64,000 nt of DNA from Octopus bimaculoides. Taxonomy: Eukaryota. The stretch is taken from contig NC_068992.1 of assembly GCF_001194135.2 (NCBI RefSeq), positions 50,932,335-50,996,334 on the forward strand, written 5' to 3'. Below the pieces are notes generated by a model that saw only the letters and a program-made list of their open reading frames with translations, searched no databases and was not told where the DNA came from. Position 1 is the stretch's first letter. The number at the start of each line of letters is the position of its first letter. Of this stretch, positions 1-13,120 are shown in pieces. The translations under genes were made by a program, and so were the position numbers.

Positions 1-281
1 ACGTAGAAAATAAACGGAAAAACAGGAAAGAAAATTTACAGCGACGATGCTCTTCTCAGTACGTATGACGTTCTAGTTAAGACAATCTTTTGCACTTCCT
101 GCATGGATGGTAAGCAAGGGATCATTCTCAAATAATATTCAGTTCCTTTTTTTTTTATCATTCCAAGTGCTACTGCAATCATAGATATTGCAACTAGCTT
201 GAGATGCCACATGTTTTCGATTTAGATTAGCAAATCTTTATATTTTCTGAGCTGATCAAATTCTTCTCACTGGGTGTGTTC

Positions 282-860
282 ATTATTATTTTCAAAGACA
301 CACAGCAGATTAGACAGTTGGAAAAAAATTTCTAACATTGGGCGACAACAAGTAGCCTTAGATACCAATAACCCTCCTATCGGACTACAACAGGTAACCT
401 TAGATGCTAGGAACCCTCTTAAGCGTCCTAGCTGTCAATAATAACACTATTTTCTGCGGTTGTACTAAACTGGGTTTTATGCCTATTTTCTCTATCCATC
501 CGTTCAGATCTTTAGGGATAGTTCTCAATGTACCTATAACTAGTGAGATACATTTTACCCGCACTTTCTATAGCCACTGTAATTTAATAGCTAAGTCCCG
601 GTTTTTGTCTATCTTAGCTTTTATTCAATTTGACTCTAATGCTTGACCTTGTGCTGCTACTACCAAACTTTCTTTCTCCGTCTTCAGCTTTCCTTTCTTC
701 AACCATAACCATGTCTCACTATTACTATTTGTTGCGAGTATATCTTCGGGAATCTACCATGCAATTCCTTTTCCTGCCAATCAGATAATTTCTGTTCTGT
801 TTTCTGGTTTGTACGTTCGTTTGGGTTTTTGGTTTCCTTGCGTCTTGTTGTGACTCTAGC
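282..860 (-). mobile_element. R4/Dong-like (REL endonuclease) non-LTR retrotransposon 3' fragment, decayed and internally deleted
   Basis: Manual minus-strand translation: WQEKELHGRF...ETWLWLKKGKLKTEKESLVVAAQGQALESN*IKAKIDKN joined to RDLAIKLQWL*KVRVKCISLVIGTLRTIPKDL...QKIVLLLTARTLKRVPSI* (stop at 400-402). These match the post-RT and C-terminal motifs of REL LINEs. A short (TAA)-like tail lies near 282-292. Confidence 0.85.
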
Positions 861-911
861 ACAGAAAGTTTCATTTATTTATCTATTTATTATTATTCTA
901 TCAAATCCACT

Positions 912-1111
912 TGTGTGTCTGTGTTTGTCCCTCCACCATCGCTTGACAATTGTTGTTGGTGTGTTTACGGCACCGCAATCTAGCGTTTCGGCAAAGGAAT
1001 AAGTACTAGGCTTACAAGGAATAAGTCCTGGGATTCATTTATTCGACTAAAGGCGGTGCTCCAGCATGGCCGCAGAAAAATGACTGAAACAAATACAAGA
1101 ATAAAAGAATA
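912..1111 (+). mobile_element. tRNA-derived SINE family A, 3' half
   Basis: Contains ggcggtgctccagcatggccgca...tgactgaaacaa and an A-rich end. It is the reverse complement of the copies at 1149, 35806 and 44843. Confidence 0.85.
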
Positions 1112-1148
1112 TATAAAACGTTTGTACGTACATACATAGTCTACATAT

Positions 1149-1521
1149 CTTTTACCTTTTACTTTTTACTTGTTTCAATGATCAGATTGCGGCCATGCTG
1201 GGCACCGCCCTGAGGAACTTTTACTCGAATGGATCGATCTTAGTACACATTTCCTTTAAAGCCTCGTACTTATTCTATCGGTTCTTTTGCCAAACCGCTA
1301 AGTTACGGGGACGTAAGCCTGTTGCCAAGAGGTGTGAGGTGGACAAAGAGAAACAGAAATACACATACATAAATATATGTATATACATATATACGACGGT
1401 CTTTTAGTTTCTATCTACCAAATCCACTCACAAGGATTCAGTCACCCAAGGCTCATGCAGTGGGAATGAACCCAGAACCATGTGGATGGGAAGCAAACAT
1501 CTACCCACGCAGCCGCCCCTG
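1149..1521 (-). mobile_element. SINE family A, near full length (tRNA-like head, internal TA/CA microsatellite, 3' domain)
   Basis: Collinear with the copies at 35806-36267 and 44843-45777, including agtttc..tctaccaaatccactcacaagg and gcagtggga.tgaaccc.gaaccatgtgg (reverse complement of a B-box-bearing head). Confidence 0.85.
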
Positions 1522-1779
1522 AGATGTGTGCTCGTGTTTGTGTGTGTATTTGTGTATTTGTGTGTGCCTTAAAACATCCTGGAAGAAATACCTCAGATAG
1601 TCCATTGGCAGGAGTTTGAACAGAAAGAGGAATGTAGGTATATTAAATAGCATACAGGATGAATTTGTGATTTATTGCGATTATCTTCACCTCCACAGAA
1701 GTTTAAATATTTACTGCTAGTCGCCTAGCAGTAAATGAGACCGGCTCCAAATGAAGATAGGCGATAATAATAAGAATCG

Positions 1780-2085
1780 CGTATTCTCCGAAATTAACAT
1801 GACATTGCGGAAAAGATATTCTGATTGTCTGGCGTGGCGGAAAATGAGTGTTTCGAAAAGAACATTTTCTAAGGTGTTTAATAAGCTAAGAGCCACGCTC
1901 AATTACGGCGAAAACCACTTTTACCATTTCTCCATGGCTTGATCGATAAAATAGCTGAAATGGATTCATTGGCTAAATCCATTACAATTAGTGATGTAAT
2001 CCAAAGATTGAAAGCAGTAAAAGAATCACACAATTGCTGGAATTGTTTCACTGCGTTTGTAATGGTGTATCCACAAAAATAACTC
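1780..2085 (+). mobile_element. possible highly decayed pogo/Tigger-like transposase C-terminal fragment
   Basis: EINMTLRKRYSDCLAWRKM and, in another frame, KSITISDVIQRLKAVKESHNCW loosely resemble the pogo DDE tail (LKxxYR...I.DAI...AW..V...I.NCW). The resemblance is weak. Confidence 0.3.
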
Positions 2086-2498
2086 ATTCGATTGATACAT
2101 TGGTTCAAGCGTTTTCAGAAATTTTAATCGATGTTAGCTTGGGGATATTTTTCAATATTCTCTAGAAATTTTGATCTATTGTGATCTTTACTAAGTGAAT
2201 TATTCCCTAGAACGTATTTTAAATTCAAATGTAAAATGTATTCCTTTTGTTACANNNNNNNNNNNNNNNNNNNNNNNNNNNNNNNNNNNNNNNNNNNNNN
2301 NNNNNNNNNNNNNNNNNNNNNNNNNNNNNNNNNNNNNNNNNNNNNNNNNNNNNNNNNNNNNNNNNNNNNNNNNNNNNNNNNNNNNNNNNNNNNNNNNNNN
2401 NNNNNNNNNNNNNNNNNNNNNNNNNNNNNNNNNNNNNNNNNNNNNNNNNNNNNNNNNNNNNNNNNNNNNNNNATCTATATATACATCTATATATGCAT

Positions 2499-2529
<31 letters not shown>

Positions 2530-2758
2530 CATACATGTATGTATATATGTATATATATGTGTGTGTGTATTGCTACATCATCATATATCACCATATATCA
2601 TCGGATAGGAATAAGCTTTGTAAACCTATTTACAGGCATATATTTAGTAAATATTAATTTAGCATCACACTGTAAATACACCCACAATCTTTCAACCCAA
2701 GATGAAATGAGTTACCAATTAGTTTCAGATTTCTTCAAGACACTCATGCGAACTCAAA

Positions 2759-3260
2759 GATCCACTTTAGTCAATCTCAGATTTTGCCATGATCTGTTCA
2801 ATCTGGTGTGCTTTTAATCAGGTGTCAGACGACGTAGCATCCACCGAAAAGGGACCTTCGTCATGACAATTTCATTGTGTAGAATATTCTCAAATCTCTC
2901 ACGGGTTATACTAATTGCAGTGGATATTTGATTTGTCAACCGTTTGTCATCCATAAGCATACTGTAAACAGGACCAATGTTTTTCTCGGAGGTGGCAGCT
3001 AGTTGCACGATGTCCAGACCTTGGGTCATCTTTGAAACTCTCTCTTCCCTCCCTAGTTCAGCTGCCCAATTTTGCACTGTTGATAAAGTTGGAGTATCAT
3101 CCTCCAATTTGGCAAGCGTGTTAGTATGAATGTCCTTTGGAGCTAATGCCTTTTTCTGTGGGTGTTTGATAACACCACGATGCGAAATTTGATCCATTTT
3201 CAAAAGTAGTCGCTACCAATTACATTTGAAGTTTTCCTTGAAAAGTGAAATTCCAGCCTG
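2759..3260 (-). mobile_element. mariner (Tc1/mariner, irritans-like) transposase N-terminal fragment
   Basis: ORF 2814-3203 encodes HTH-like HRGVIK...LSTVQNWAAE...ENILHNE and WMLRRLTPD, a variant of the mariner WVPRxLT motif. It is nucleotide-similar to 8735-9525. No clear TIR. Confidence 0.85.
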
Positions 3261-5832
3261 CTTGGAAAGAAAGAGTTAGAAATGTCGACCCTAGTCGACC
3301 CTTGTCCATTCATTAGTTTTGTGGATTAAAATATGAAGTTGTTCAGTTTTAATAGAGCACTACTTAAGACTATTTGCTAAGATTACACATTTGTAGCTTA
3401 TATTCAACAGTTCTCTGGTATAGTGAGTCGATTCTCTGACTAAAGTTTCGTTTCTGTTTCACGGTAACTTTCATGTATCTAGTTATGGACATGGGAAACA
3501 TGTTCTATAATTTAAATTGCCTTTCCTGTACTTTTGTAGAATTATACCTAAATAACAAATCATTCCTATTAGATTCGAATTGCTTGAAGTGCCAACACTG
3601 GAAAATTTCATTACCCTTTTATTTCCCTTATGCTCGTGATAAACACAGAAAGGCATGATTATCACGCAATTCTATTTATTCTTGCAGATAATTTTGAGGC
3701 TTTCTTCCAATAGCAATTTTAAACTCCCGAGAGAAATTATTATCTCCTGGTAAACACAGACTACTACACAGTTTTGATTTCTAATCAATAACAATAGACA
3801 TCATTTACATCAGCATTGTTGTTGAGAAGTTTTCTGATTTTAGCATTTTTTTTTCTATTCAAAATGACGTCAGCATACTGTCTGGCAGCTGTCTGTCGAT
3901 AGCTATTTATTAGTTATCACTCAGATATATAACCTCTGCACTCAGCCTTATGAATCAAAAGGTAGGCTACCCAATTATATCCTGTCCTAGGTACAAGACT
4001 AAGATTTTTAAGTGGAGGATAAAATAATACCTAATATATAGGCATAAACATAAGGGAAGGGGCCATGATACTTTGTTTTCTTGACCCTAGAAATCTACAT
4101 GGACGAGATTTTATTTTAGAATATAAAATAGATGGAAATACTTCGTGCAAGACATTTTCGCCGTCGTTCTGCCAATTCTAACACGCGTCGCCTTTAGGGG
4201 AGCGATGTTACAAATAGAATTCTTGAAGTGCTTTACAGTACAGCTCTATCAATCTCAATATAATGAATGGGAAATTAGACCCCTAACGTATTTGAGATCA
4301 CAGTTATTAAGAAATGAACGTAAATCTCTAAATTTTGCATAATACTATACCAGTTAATGTGGTGTAGAAAACTCTCGAAGAACTTCGTGTTAGTGTTGCA
4401 TGTCACGCCCAAGATAACGTGTCGGATCTCCATCATAAAATAATATTGACTCGGTTAGATAAGTGTAATAATATTAACTGTGGATGTTATTATGAAAGGA
4501 GCTGATATATCTCCGCTGGGAATCATATGTGTTGACTCTAAGCTTGCCACCACTCTGCAACAATAAAACTAAAGATTGTACGATAATTAATACCCTAGCT
4601 CAACTATTTCTATAACGATAAACTAATATATCCAATACGAATTCTCTCGCATTAAGATTAACCTTTTATATTCTCAAAGATTGTATGTTGCAAAGCAAAT
4701 AATATTTTATTACTGACTTCTAAATCTTAGATTAGAGAAGAACAATCGATCAACGCGTAAACAGCACCGGATTGTTGAGGTTGCATAAATAATCCATTTT
4801 CCTATATTTATATAGTATATGATCTCTCAGAATAATAAGATTATGTGCAAAACTATTGTAGCAGAAAAGCTAATATATCAGGTATGTATGTTAACTAACT
4901 GTAATATTTTTGAAGTAGGGAATGACGTGCGTTGTAAAGCAAGGAATTTACAGTTGAACGGATCGCTGCGCCGTTTTATTTTCCCAGTGTTGAAAATATA
5001 TATGTAATGTAGATTTTTGATAAGCTTCAAGGAACACATAGGCGGTTTCAATTCATGATCCAGGTCGTTTTTACTTCTCTTGCAACTAATGCCTTTAGAC
5101 AAGTCATGATTGTCGGATCTTCCTTTTTCCACCCCATCCTTATATGGATTACCTCCTTATTATTTCTGTTCAAAAGGATACCTTTGATTTCATGCCATTA
5201 TTCGGTAGACGAAATACAATATATTTTTGGCAAAGAAAATAAGGTGATGTAGTGCAGAGTCCGTAGCATTGTTTTTTCTACAATGGTTCCAGATCTGCAA
5301 TTTTAAACCTGGGAAAATTCCAGAATTTGAAGATATTCCACATGGGAAATTGTTTTTCAGTTGATAAATTCTTAATCAATAAACCCACCGTTTTTACTGT
5401 TTTTAATTTGCTTAATTTTGATTTTGATAATGCTGATGTTAAATTTGCATAAAGCTGATGGTATAATGCAATACATTGTATAACATACAAAGTAACTATT
5501 TATAATCATATGTAAGGGAAATCAATCTGAACGGTAAATGGAAAGATACAGGAAAACATTAACATTATATTAGAGGAATATGTATATGTATATGCAACTA
5601 AATCTCTATTAGTTACAAACCCGTAAAGAAGTATTATCCTTACCAGAAACAGAATCCTTATGAAGGACAATTACACATATCACTGAATATTATAGTATAT
5701 GCAACACAATCACCATAAATCAAGTACGCGAGAAGCAGAATTTCGGCTAATGTCATTTCAATGATTTACAACGTAGAACGACAACACATTGATATAAAAT
5801 ATTCACAGTCAACAAGCACATCAAATGTATAC

Positions 5833-5946
5833 ATCTATCATCATCTGTCTACCAGATATCATCAGCTGTCTTACCGGATATCCTCAGCTGTCTACAGGAT
5901 ATCCTCAGCTGTCTACAGGATATCCTCAGCTGTCTACCGGATATCA
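5833..5946. repeat. 21-bp minisatellite (ggatatcctcagctgtctac[a/c]) x~5
   Basis: Near-identical units start at 5876, 5897 and 5918, with a partial unit at 5939 and degenerate units at ~5833 and 5854. Confidence 0.95.
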
Positions 5947-8301
5947 CCAAGGCGGTACTACTTCATCCGACAGCGTTAACACTGGTATAAACATAAACGC
6001 TGCTTGGGAATTAATGGACGAAAATCTGGCGCGAAATACTAGCGTAACGTGTCCATTATGTCTACACCTAATTGCCGTTAAAACTACAAAAACAAATCAA
6101 CATCAAATCTCAAATTTATGTCATTATATACAGATAGATACGAAGCACAAAAATTAAGAATATAATATATTGAAAACAGAAATACCTTCCAAATATACAT
6201 TGCCTGCATTAGTATTGTATGACTTGAAAATATAGAACGTTAAAAGAAGCTAGGCAACTAAAGATATCAAACAAAATCTATTATGGATAGTCGAAAACAC
6301 ACGTTGCCAATACATAAAAGGAAAAGAAAAAATAATAAACTAATGAATAATCATAAAGATTAATTAAAAAATATAAGCCGATAGGTATTATTGCTACCCA
6401 AGAAACTATAATTTATATTTAAAGCAAGGAAAAAATTAAAACGAACCAAACGTAAACTAACAGAATATCAGATAATTTTAACAGACTTCTATCGTATTAA
6501 AACAAAACGGTATTTGAATGAAACAATGTAGGCCAATATCTTCTGAATATAATCCTTAATAATAGAAAATATATTTTATAGAATAGTTTTACCTAAACAC
6601 ACATAAAAATGACTAAAGCACTCCGATCATAACGAAAATACTCGCTAACATAATTAAATATGAAAACATGATTAAAACGAACTAAATGTAAATCAACAAA
6701 ATGTAATTGCCTTAGACATGGGAGTGGATCGATGTATATCGATAACAACTATGTATAAACTTTAATTATAGAGAACATTTAAACTAATATTTTAAAGTAA
6801 ACTAAAAACATAAAAAGTTTCATACACCATTCTCAATGTGAACTTAGGTAGCTCAGGAGGGGGAAGTGTGATCACAGGCGGTTTGAGAGAAAAGAAAGAC
6901 TTCATTTGTAGATGTACAAGCAGCAAGAGCACTCTAAAATTAGATAATTCTTTCTATTTCTCAGAGGCCCTTAGTAATCTGCCTAAGCTGGTGCTAGGAA
7001 TTTTATTCTTATCTTTAAAGGTGTTTTTATGGTTAACTAGTCTGCATTTCATGTAATTTTCAGTGGAGCCTATAAAGTAAGGATTTTGTCCCACAGATTA
7101 CACCTCATACCATATATTAAACTTTTTTGGTTGCAAAATTTTTTTTAAATGGCAGTGATTTTTAAATTTACAATCGCAACTTTCCTTTTTAGCTTCCCTT
7201 TTAATAATGCCGTGCCTATTTCCCTCATCTATAGGGTTATTTACATTTTGTTTTATCTCTAATGTTTTGGTTCCTAACCAAATGTTTTTTTCGGATACTC
7301 CGTTTCTTATCTGTCTTAACATTGGTATTTTTACTTATTTTGTGTCTTTTGTGTTCATTGGTTCCGTTATAAGCATTCTCATATTTTTCTGGGTTATTGC
7401 TAATGTTATTACTTTTATTGTTATCATTCTGTTTTTTCATTTTACTGGGTTGCGATTGTATGTATATGTGTGGATGTGTATGCATGCGTGTGTGTATGTG
7501 TGTGTATATGTGTGCGTGTGCGTGCTAGTGTATGTTTATAAATGTCATGATTATCTACTTTTTATTACTTATTTTGTCGTCAGCTAATTAAACAGTAACT
7601 GACAGCTAGGCTGAATTACAACAAACGGATTACTTTATTGATCATCTGTATTGTCTTCATGAAGCCAGCGTTCAAGAAATTACTGTTGTTGAGAGCGCAA
7701 TCTATTTGTTATGCAAACAATATGCAATATAATATTACCCAAAAAATTCTTTCAAATGAATTACATTAACGTAAGGAAATATACTTCAATTAATGTAATA
7801 TGAAATTTAACTCTTATAATTAAAAGTGTTTATAATGACTTCAGAAATACGTGGAATTGGAAAATTTGCATTGAAAACACATATTGTTTGAATAGAACTT
7901 TCTATTAACTGAAATATCGACAAAGGGAAGAGTTTTGAGTCATTTTAATACTTTTTGAATTAACGGTCAGTTAGATGAAATGTGAATAGTGAATTCGATT
8001 ATGAATGTTGCATTAAACATTAATGTATTAATAATAGGGTAAAGTTTGGAAAAATATCGAAATTCTTTAGTTTTTCAAGCGACTGAGTTTTTGTTCTATT
8101 TAGCTTTTGTTAGAATTCATTTACACTAATTCAATTAAGGTTTCTGTTTATATTTTGATTTCTTGCTATTCGTTGTTAGATTTTTCTCTTATTATTATTA
8201 TTCTTCTCTTCTTTCGATGTCTTCGTTCAAAGACGACAAACAAGGAATTTCCCTACCTGAAACTTTATTTGTTTTTTTAAATTTTGCAATTCATTCGCAC
8301 T

Positions 8302-8314
8302 TATTATTGTTGTC

Positions 8315-8368
<54 letters not shown>

Positions 8369-8395
8369 ATTATTATTATTATTATTATTATTGTT
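8302..8395. repeat. (TAT)n microsatellite
   Basis: Direct reading. Confidence 0.95.
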
Positions 8396-8734
8396 ATTCT
8401 TTTTCTAATACACATATGTGCTCCTGTGTTTTAATTTACAGATGAGACACTAATAACGAAACAATAGAACCATTAAATAATGCGAAGACAAAGGACAGTC
8501 TCTTCTCAACAACAGCCAAGAGTGTCAGTCGGCAAATGAATATAATGCAAACATATATTTCAGTAGCGAACAAACGCGAGCGGATTTCAGCAATGTGTTA
8601 TTCAAATACAATTAAATACTTTCATTCTGACACCTATTATTCTTTCTTACTTTCGTAGTATCTCTTTATTTTTCACTTCTCACATTTAAAGTAAGACCAA
8701 TAAAACAAATGCTAGAACATTTCTCATTATTATA

Positions 8735-9525
8735 CAAGGTGAGGCTGAAAAATTCATAGGCTGACTATGAAAGTGTCAAGTCAGGGTTCCGAAATGTTTC
8801 ATGCCTCAAGTTCAACACTATTCATTAATAACGGAATTGTTTCGTTCCTGGTAAAATGACACCTGACTGTTCAAAGAAGACTCCAAAGTAACTAGTAGCG
8901 ACTTCTCTTGAAAATCGAAAAAAAATTCGCATTGTAGTGTTTAGTACCTGCAGAGAAAGAGTCTTGCTGAAGATAAGCCAAGGACGCCAAGGAAAACATT
9001 TGTCGTTCACCACATGCTGATGGATGATAGGCGACTGACTATAAATGCAGTAGCCAAAATCTATTAGCACATCGCGTGAGAGAGTTGAGAATATTCTGCA
9101 CAATGGACCTAGCATAACGAAGGTTTCTATTGGGTCGGTGCCACGTCTTCTGACACCTGATCAAAACCGAATTTGACTGATCCAATCACGGGAAAATCTG
9201 ACGTTGTTTGAATTAGATCCAACTGGTTTCCTAAGCCAGTATAGCTGCTGTGCATGACTGTGGCTTTGAACTGGTTGATCATTCTCCCCAATCTCCTGAT
9301 ATGGCCCCATCTGACTTTCATCTGTTACCCAACTTGAAAAAGTACTTGGCTGGGAACCAGTATCGTAGTGATACTGATGTCATGTCTAGTGTTGATGGTT
9401 TTTTTACTAACAGGTTGAAAGCTTCTCCAATTAGATCCAAACACTGCAAAACCGACGGGAGAAGTGTGTGGTTTCATTTCAGGAAAGTCTCTTGGGTAGC
9501 TTGTGTGCTTTTCAGCCGACGCCCG
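8735..9525 (+). mobile_element. internally deleted mariner with both degenerate TIRs and TA target duplication
   Basis: TA at 8733-8734 and 9526-9527. The TIR core ggctgaaaa (8743-8751) and its complement ttttcagcc (9509-9517) each lie 8 bp from the ends. Encodes SVPRLLTPDQ and, in ORF 9250, HDCGFELVDHSPQSPDMAPSDFHLLPNLKK (YSPDLAPSD motif). The first two catalytic Asp regions are missing. Confidence 0.92.
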
Positions 9526-9558
9526 TATGACCTAATTTTACTGTATTTCTATCTCTAT

Positions 9559-9560
<2 letters not shown>

Positions 9561-9633
<73 letters not shown>
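9561..9633. repeat. (TAT)n microsatellite
   Basis: Direct reading. Confidence 0.95.
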
Positions 9634-9636
<3 letters not shown>

Positions 9637-10105
9637 TTTACGTTTGTTATTTCCGTTTTACATTGTTCTTCATGTTGTTGTGGACGTTGTAGCCGTTATT
9701 GACCTTGATGTTACTTCTACACACATATCTNNNNNNNNNNNNNNNNNNNNNNNNNNNNNNNNNNNNNNNNNNNNNNNNNNNNNNNNNNNNNNNNNNNNNN
9801 NNNNNNNNNNNNNNNNNNNNNNNNNNNNNNNNNNNNNNNNNNNNNNNNNNNNNNNNNNNNNNNNNNNNNNNNNNNNNNNNNNNNNNNNNNNNNNNNNNNN
9901 NNNNNNNNNNNNNNNNNNNNNNNNNNNNNNNNNNNNNNNNNNNNNNNNNNNNNNNNNNNNNNNNNNNNNNNNNNNNNNNNNNNNNNNNNNNNNNNNNNNN
10001 NNNNNNNNNNNNNNNNNNNNNNNNNNNNNNNNNNNNNNNNNNNNNNNNNNNNNNNNNNNNNNNNNNNNNNNNNNNNNNNNNNNNNNNNNNNNNNNNNNNN
10101 NNNNN

Positions 10106-10146
<41 letters not shown>

Positions 10147-10825
10147 TCTAGCAAACGCACCCGTTCTTTAGACAGTTTATTTTGTGCATAAATTTGCAAA
10201 AAGTTGTTTAAAACTAATCCTCCGATAAATATATTTTCAGTGAATTCACAACAATACTTAAGTATCGCTTCCTAAACTGCTCCCTCGTCAATTTCCCGTG
10301 GCGCACCTCCGCTCATCTGTTTTGATTCGCACTACTTCTATTCAGATTTTGTCGGTCATTCAGATGTATTCATCTTTATTCTACACTTACTTTCTATTTC
10401 GACACTCGACAAATATCTGACACGACAATATGTCTTGTACTCTTGTGCGTTGTTTTCTTATATTTCTACGCTATTTTCCCTCGTGCCGTGAGTTGAATAT
10501 ACAAATATGAAATATTGTATTCATGAAGACCTAACCCCGATCGCTGTTACTGGATGCTTGGCTCCCAAAACACAGACACATATATATACAGACATGTACG
10601 GACATATTCGTACACATATATACACACACATATACGTATTAGGATTTTGTATGTCAATATATTCTAATCAGTTGGAACTAGTTCCAATTATAGCAAATCG
10701 TAATATGCGTGCAGTTGAAATTGCTATAGGTGATGTTTTAAAAGTACTATTCTATACTTTTTACTGTATATTCAGCTTTTCGATTGCCTCCCTTGCACAT
10801 TTTTATTTGTCTGTCTATCAGGTTT

Positions 10826-10863
<38 letters not shown>

Positions 10864-12744
10864 CATCCATCCATCCATCCATCCATCCATCNNNNNNNNN
10901 NNNNNNNNNNNNNNNNNNNNNNNNNNNNNNNNNNNNNNNNNNNNNNNNNNNNNNNNNNNNNNNNNNNNNNNNNNNNNNNNNNNNNNNNNNNNNNNNNNNN
11001 NNNNNNNNNNNNNNNNNNNNNNNNNNNNNNNNNNNNNNNNNNNNNNNNNNNNNNNNNNNNNNNNNNNNNNNNNNNNNNNNNNNNNNNNNNNNNNNNNNNN
11101 NNNNNNNNNNNNNNNNNNNNNNNNNNNNNNNNNNNNNNNNNNNNNNNNNNNNNNNNNNNNNNNNNNNNNNNNNNNNNNNNNNNNNNNNNNNNNNNNNNNN
11201 NNNNNNNNNNNNNNNNNNNNNNNNNNNNNNNNNNNNNNNNNNNNNNNNNNNNNNNNNNNNNNNNNNNNNNNNNNNNNTATATATATATATATATATATGC
11301 ATGTATGTATATCTATTTGTGTATACGTGTATATAGAGATAGATAGAGACTGAAAGAGAACGGAAGAAAGAGAGTTGGGGAGAGAGGAGAAAAAGAGTGA
11401 GAGTGGGATAGAGATATGTATAAGGATATAGTGATTAAAACTTGATACTCTAATAATAAATGTTTTCGCAAGACTCTGAGACTCCATTCTAAAAAAAAAT
11501 TGTAGCGATACGTATTGCATTTTGGTTCCAATATGGCTGTTGTCGATATTTTGGTAATATACTGTTATTAACCTATTGTATTTCTCGTTTCTTTCTGTTT
11601 TTTTCTTCTTTGTCTTTTGTAGCTATTGCTGTTGCTGCTATTTTTATTGAGAAGAGAGGCTGTATTGTTGGTGATGGTCGGGGTTGGGATGTTAAGCATC
11701 GGGGTGGAGATGGCTTCTTTTCCCAAATCTTTCTACTCATATTTTGTTAAATTTGTTAATTCATAATCTGCTTTAGCTAGATCTGATCGCTGGCTTATTC
11801 CTTCCGATTTTGCAACATCACTTTCGTAACACAAACACATACACGTGTGTGGGTGTATGTGTGGCGTATGTATATATATATATATGTATATATGTATATC
11901 TCTGTGTTTTAAAGTATATGTATTTGGAAGATAAACTGTATATATATTTGTAATTGATAATGTTGTAATATTATGTAATATGATATGTCCAAGGGAATAT
12001 AAAACAAAGAGAAATTTAAATCCGATATCCATGGTTCCATAAATCTCGAAGTTTGGTTGCCAAGTGATTAAATTTTATGTTTAAAACTGATGGTGCAAAT
12101 AAAACTGAGAGGATAAAATTGATGGAAACTTTTAACCTAACACCAGACGTTCTATGTTTGTGAGTAATTAATTTTGGGAAAGTGATGATTTTCGCCTGTA
12201 GGGATTATCAATTTTTATGAGCAGAACAGTTTGGAAAAGCTTTCATTTGATCCTCTAAGTAATCAATCGATGCACTTTTCCGAAGTTATTCTAAATAATA
12301 ATAACTTCAAATAAATGTGAATTTGTGTTATCAACGGATCATTTATCAACAATAGTGTATAAATACCACTAAATATATTGTTAAATAATTACATTCTATG
12401 TGAATGTATTGAATCGCTGCCGTTAGATATGTCCAAGATGGAAAAGCTATAATTCTTAACGTAAACTTGATCGTCTGTCAGCCATTTATTCAAAGGCCAT
12501 AACTTACCAGCAAAAATATGCATATCCTTACTTTCATAGTTTCCAGCTTAGCTAAAAGTAAATTTAAAACTTTTGCTCCAGCCAGAGTGTAACCCATCTC
12601 CATCTAATATAATCTAGCAATTCAGATTTACCTGTTTCTAACCGGCATGGCTTGCACAAATATATACGCACAGATACGCAAACGAACAAATACGCAGACA
12701 AATACAAGCACCAAAGGTTTACATTCACACATACACACACTATG

Positions 12745-12823
<79 letters not shown>

Positions 12824-13120
12824 ATGTACATACATCAATATATATATATATATATAAACATATACATAAATGCATATATTCATACATACACACCCATACA
12901 CACACAAACACACTCACGTGCAGATACATATATGCGTACATACATTTATGTGCATGCATACGCGTACAAAAGTATAAGTAATGTATTTATATGCATGACG
13001 AATTACATGCACTGGACACACACTCACCAACTTATCGCTTAACATCAGAAAATTTCCGTTCCAGTGATTCTGAACGCCATGATCCAGCTGATAACCCTTA
13101 CTGATATTGTTAAATAATAA

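Noticed and set aside
8420-8480. Strong-looking splice acceptor at 8440-8441
   Set aside because: All three downstream frames hit stops within a few codons. Similar isolated sites near 12160, 57223 and 57942 also lack support.
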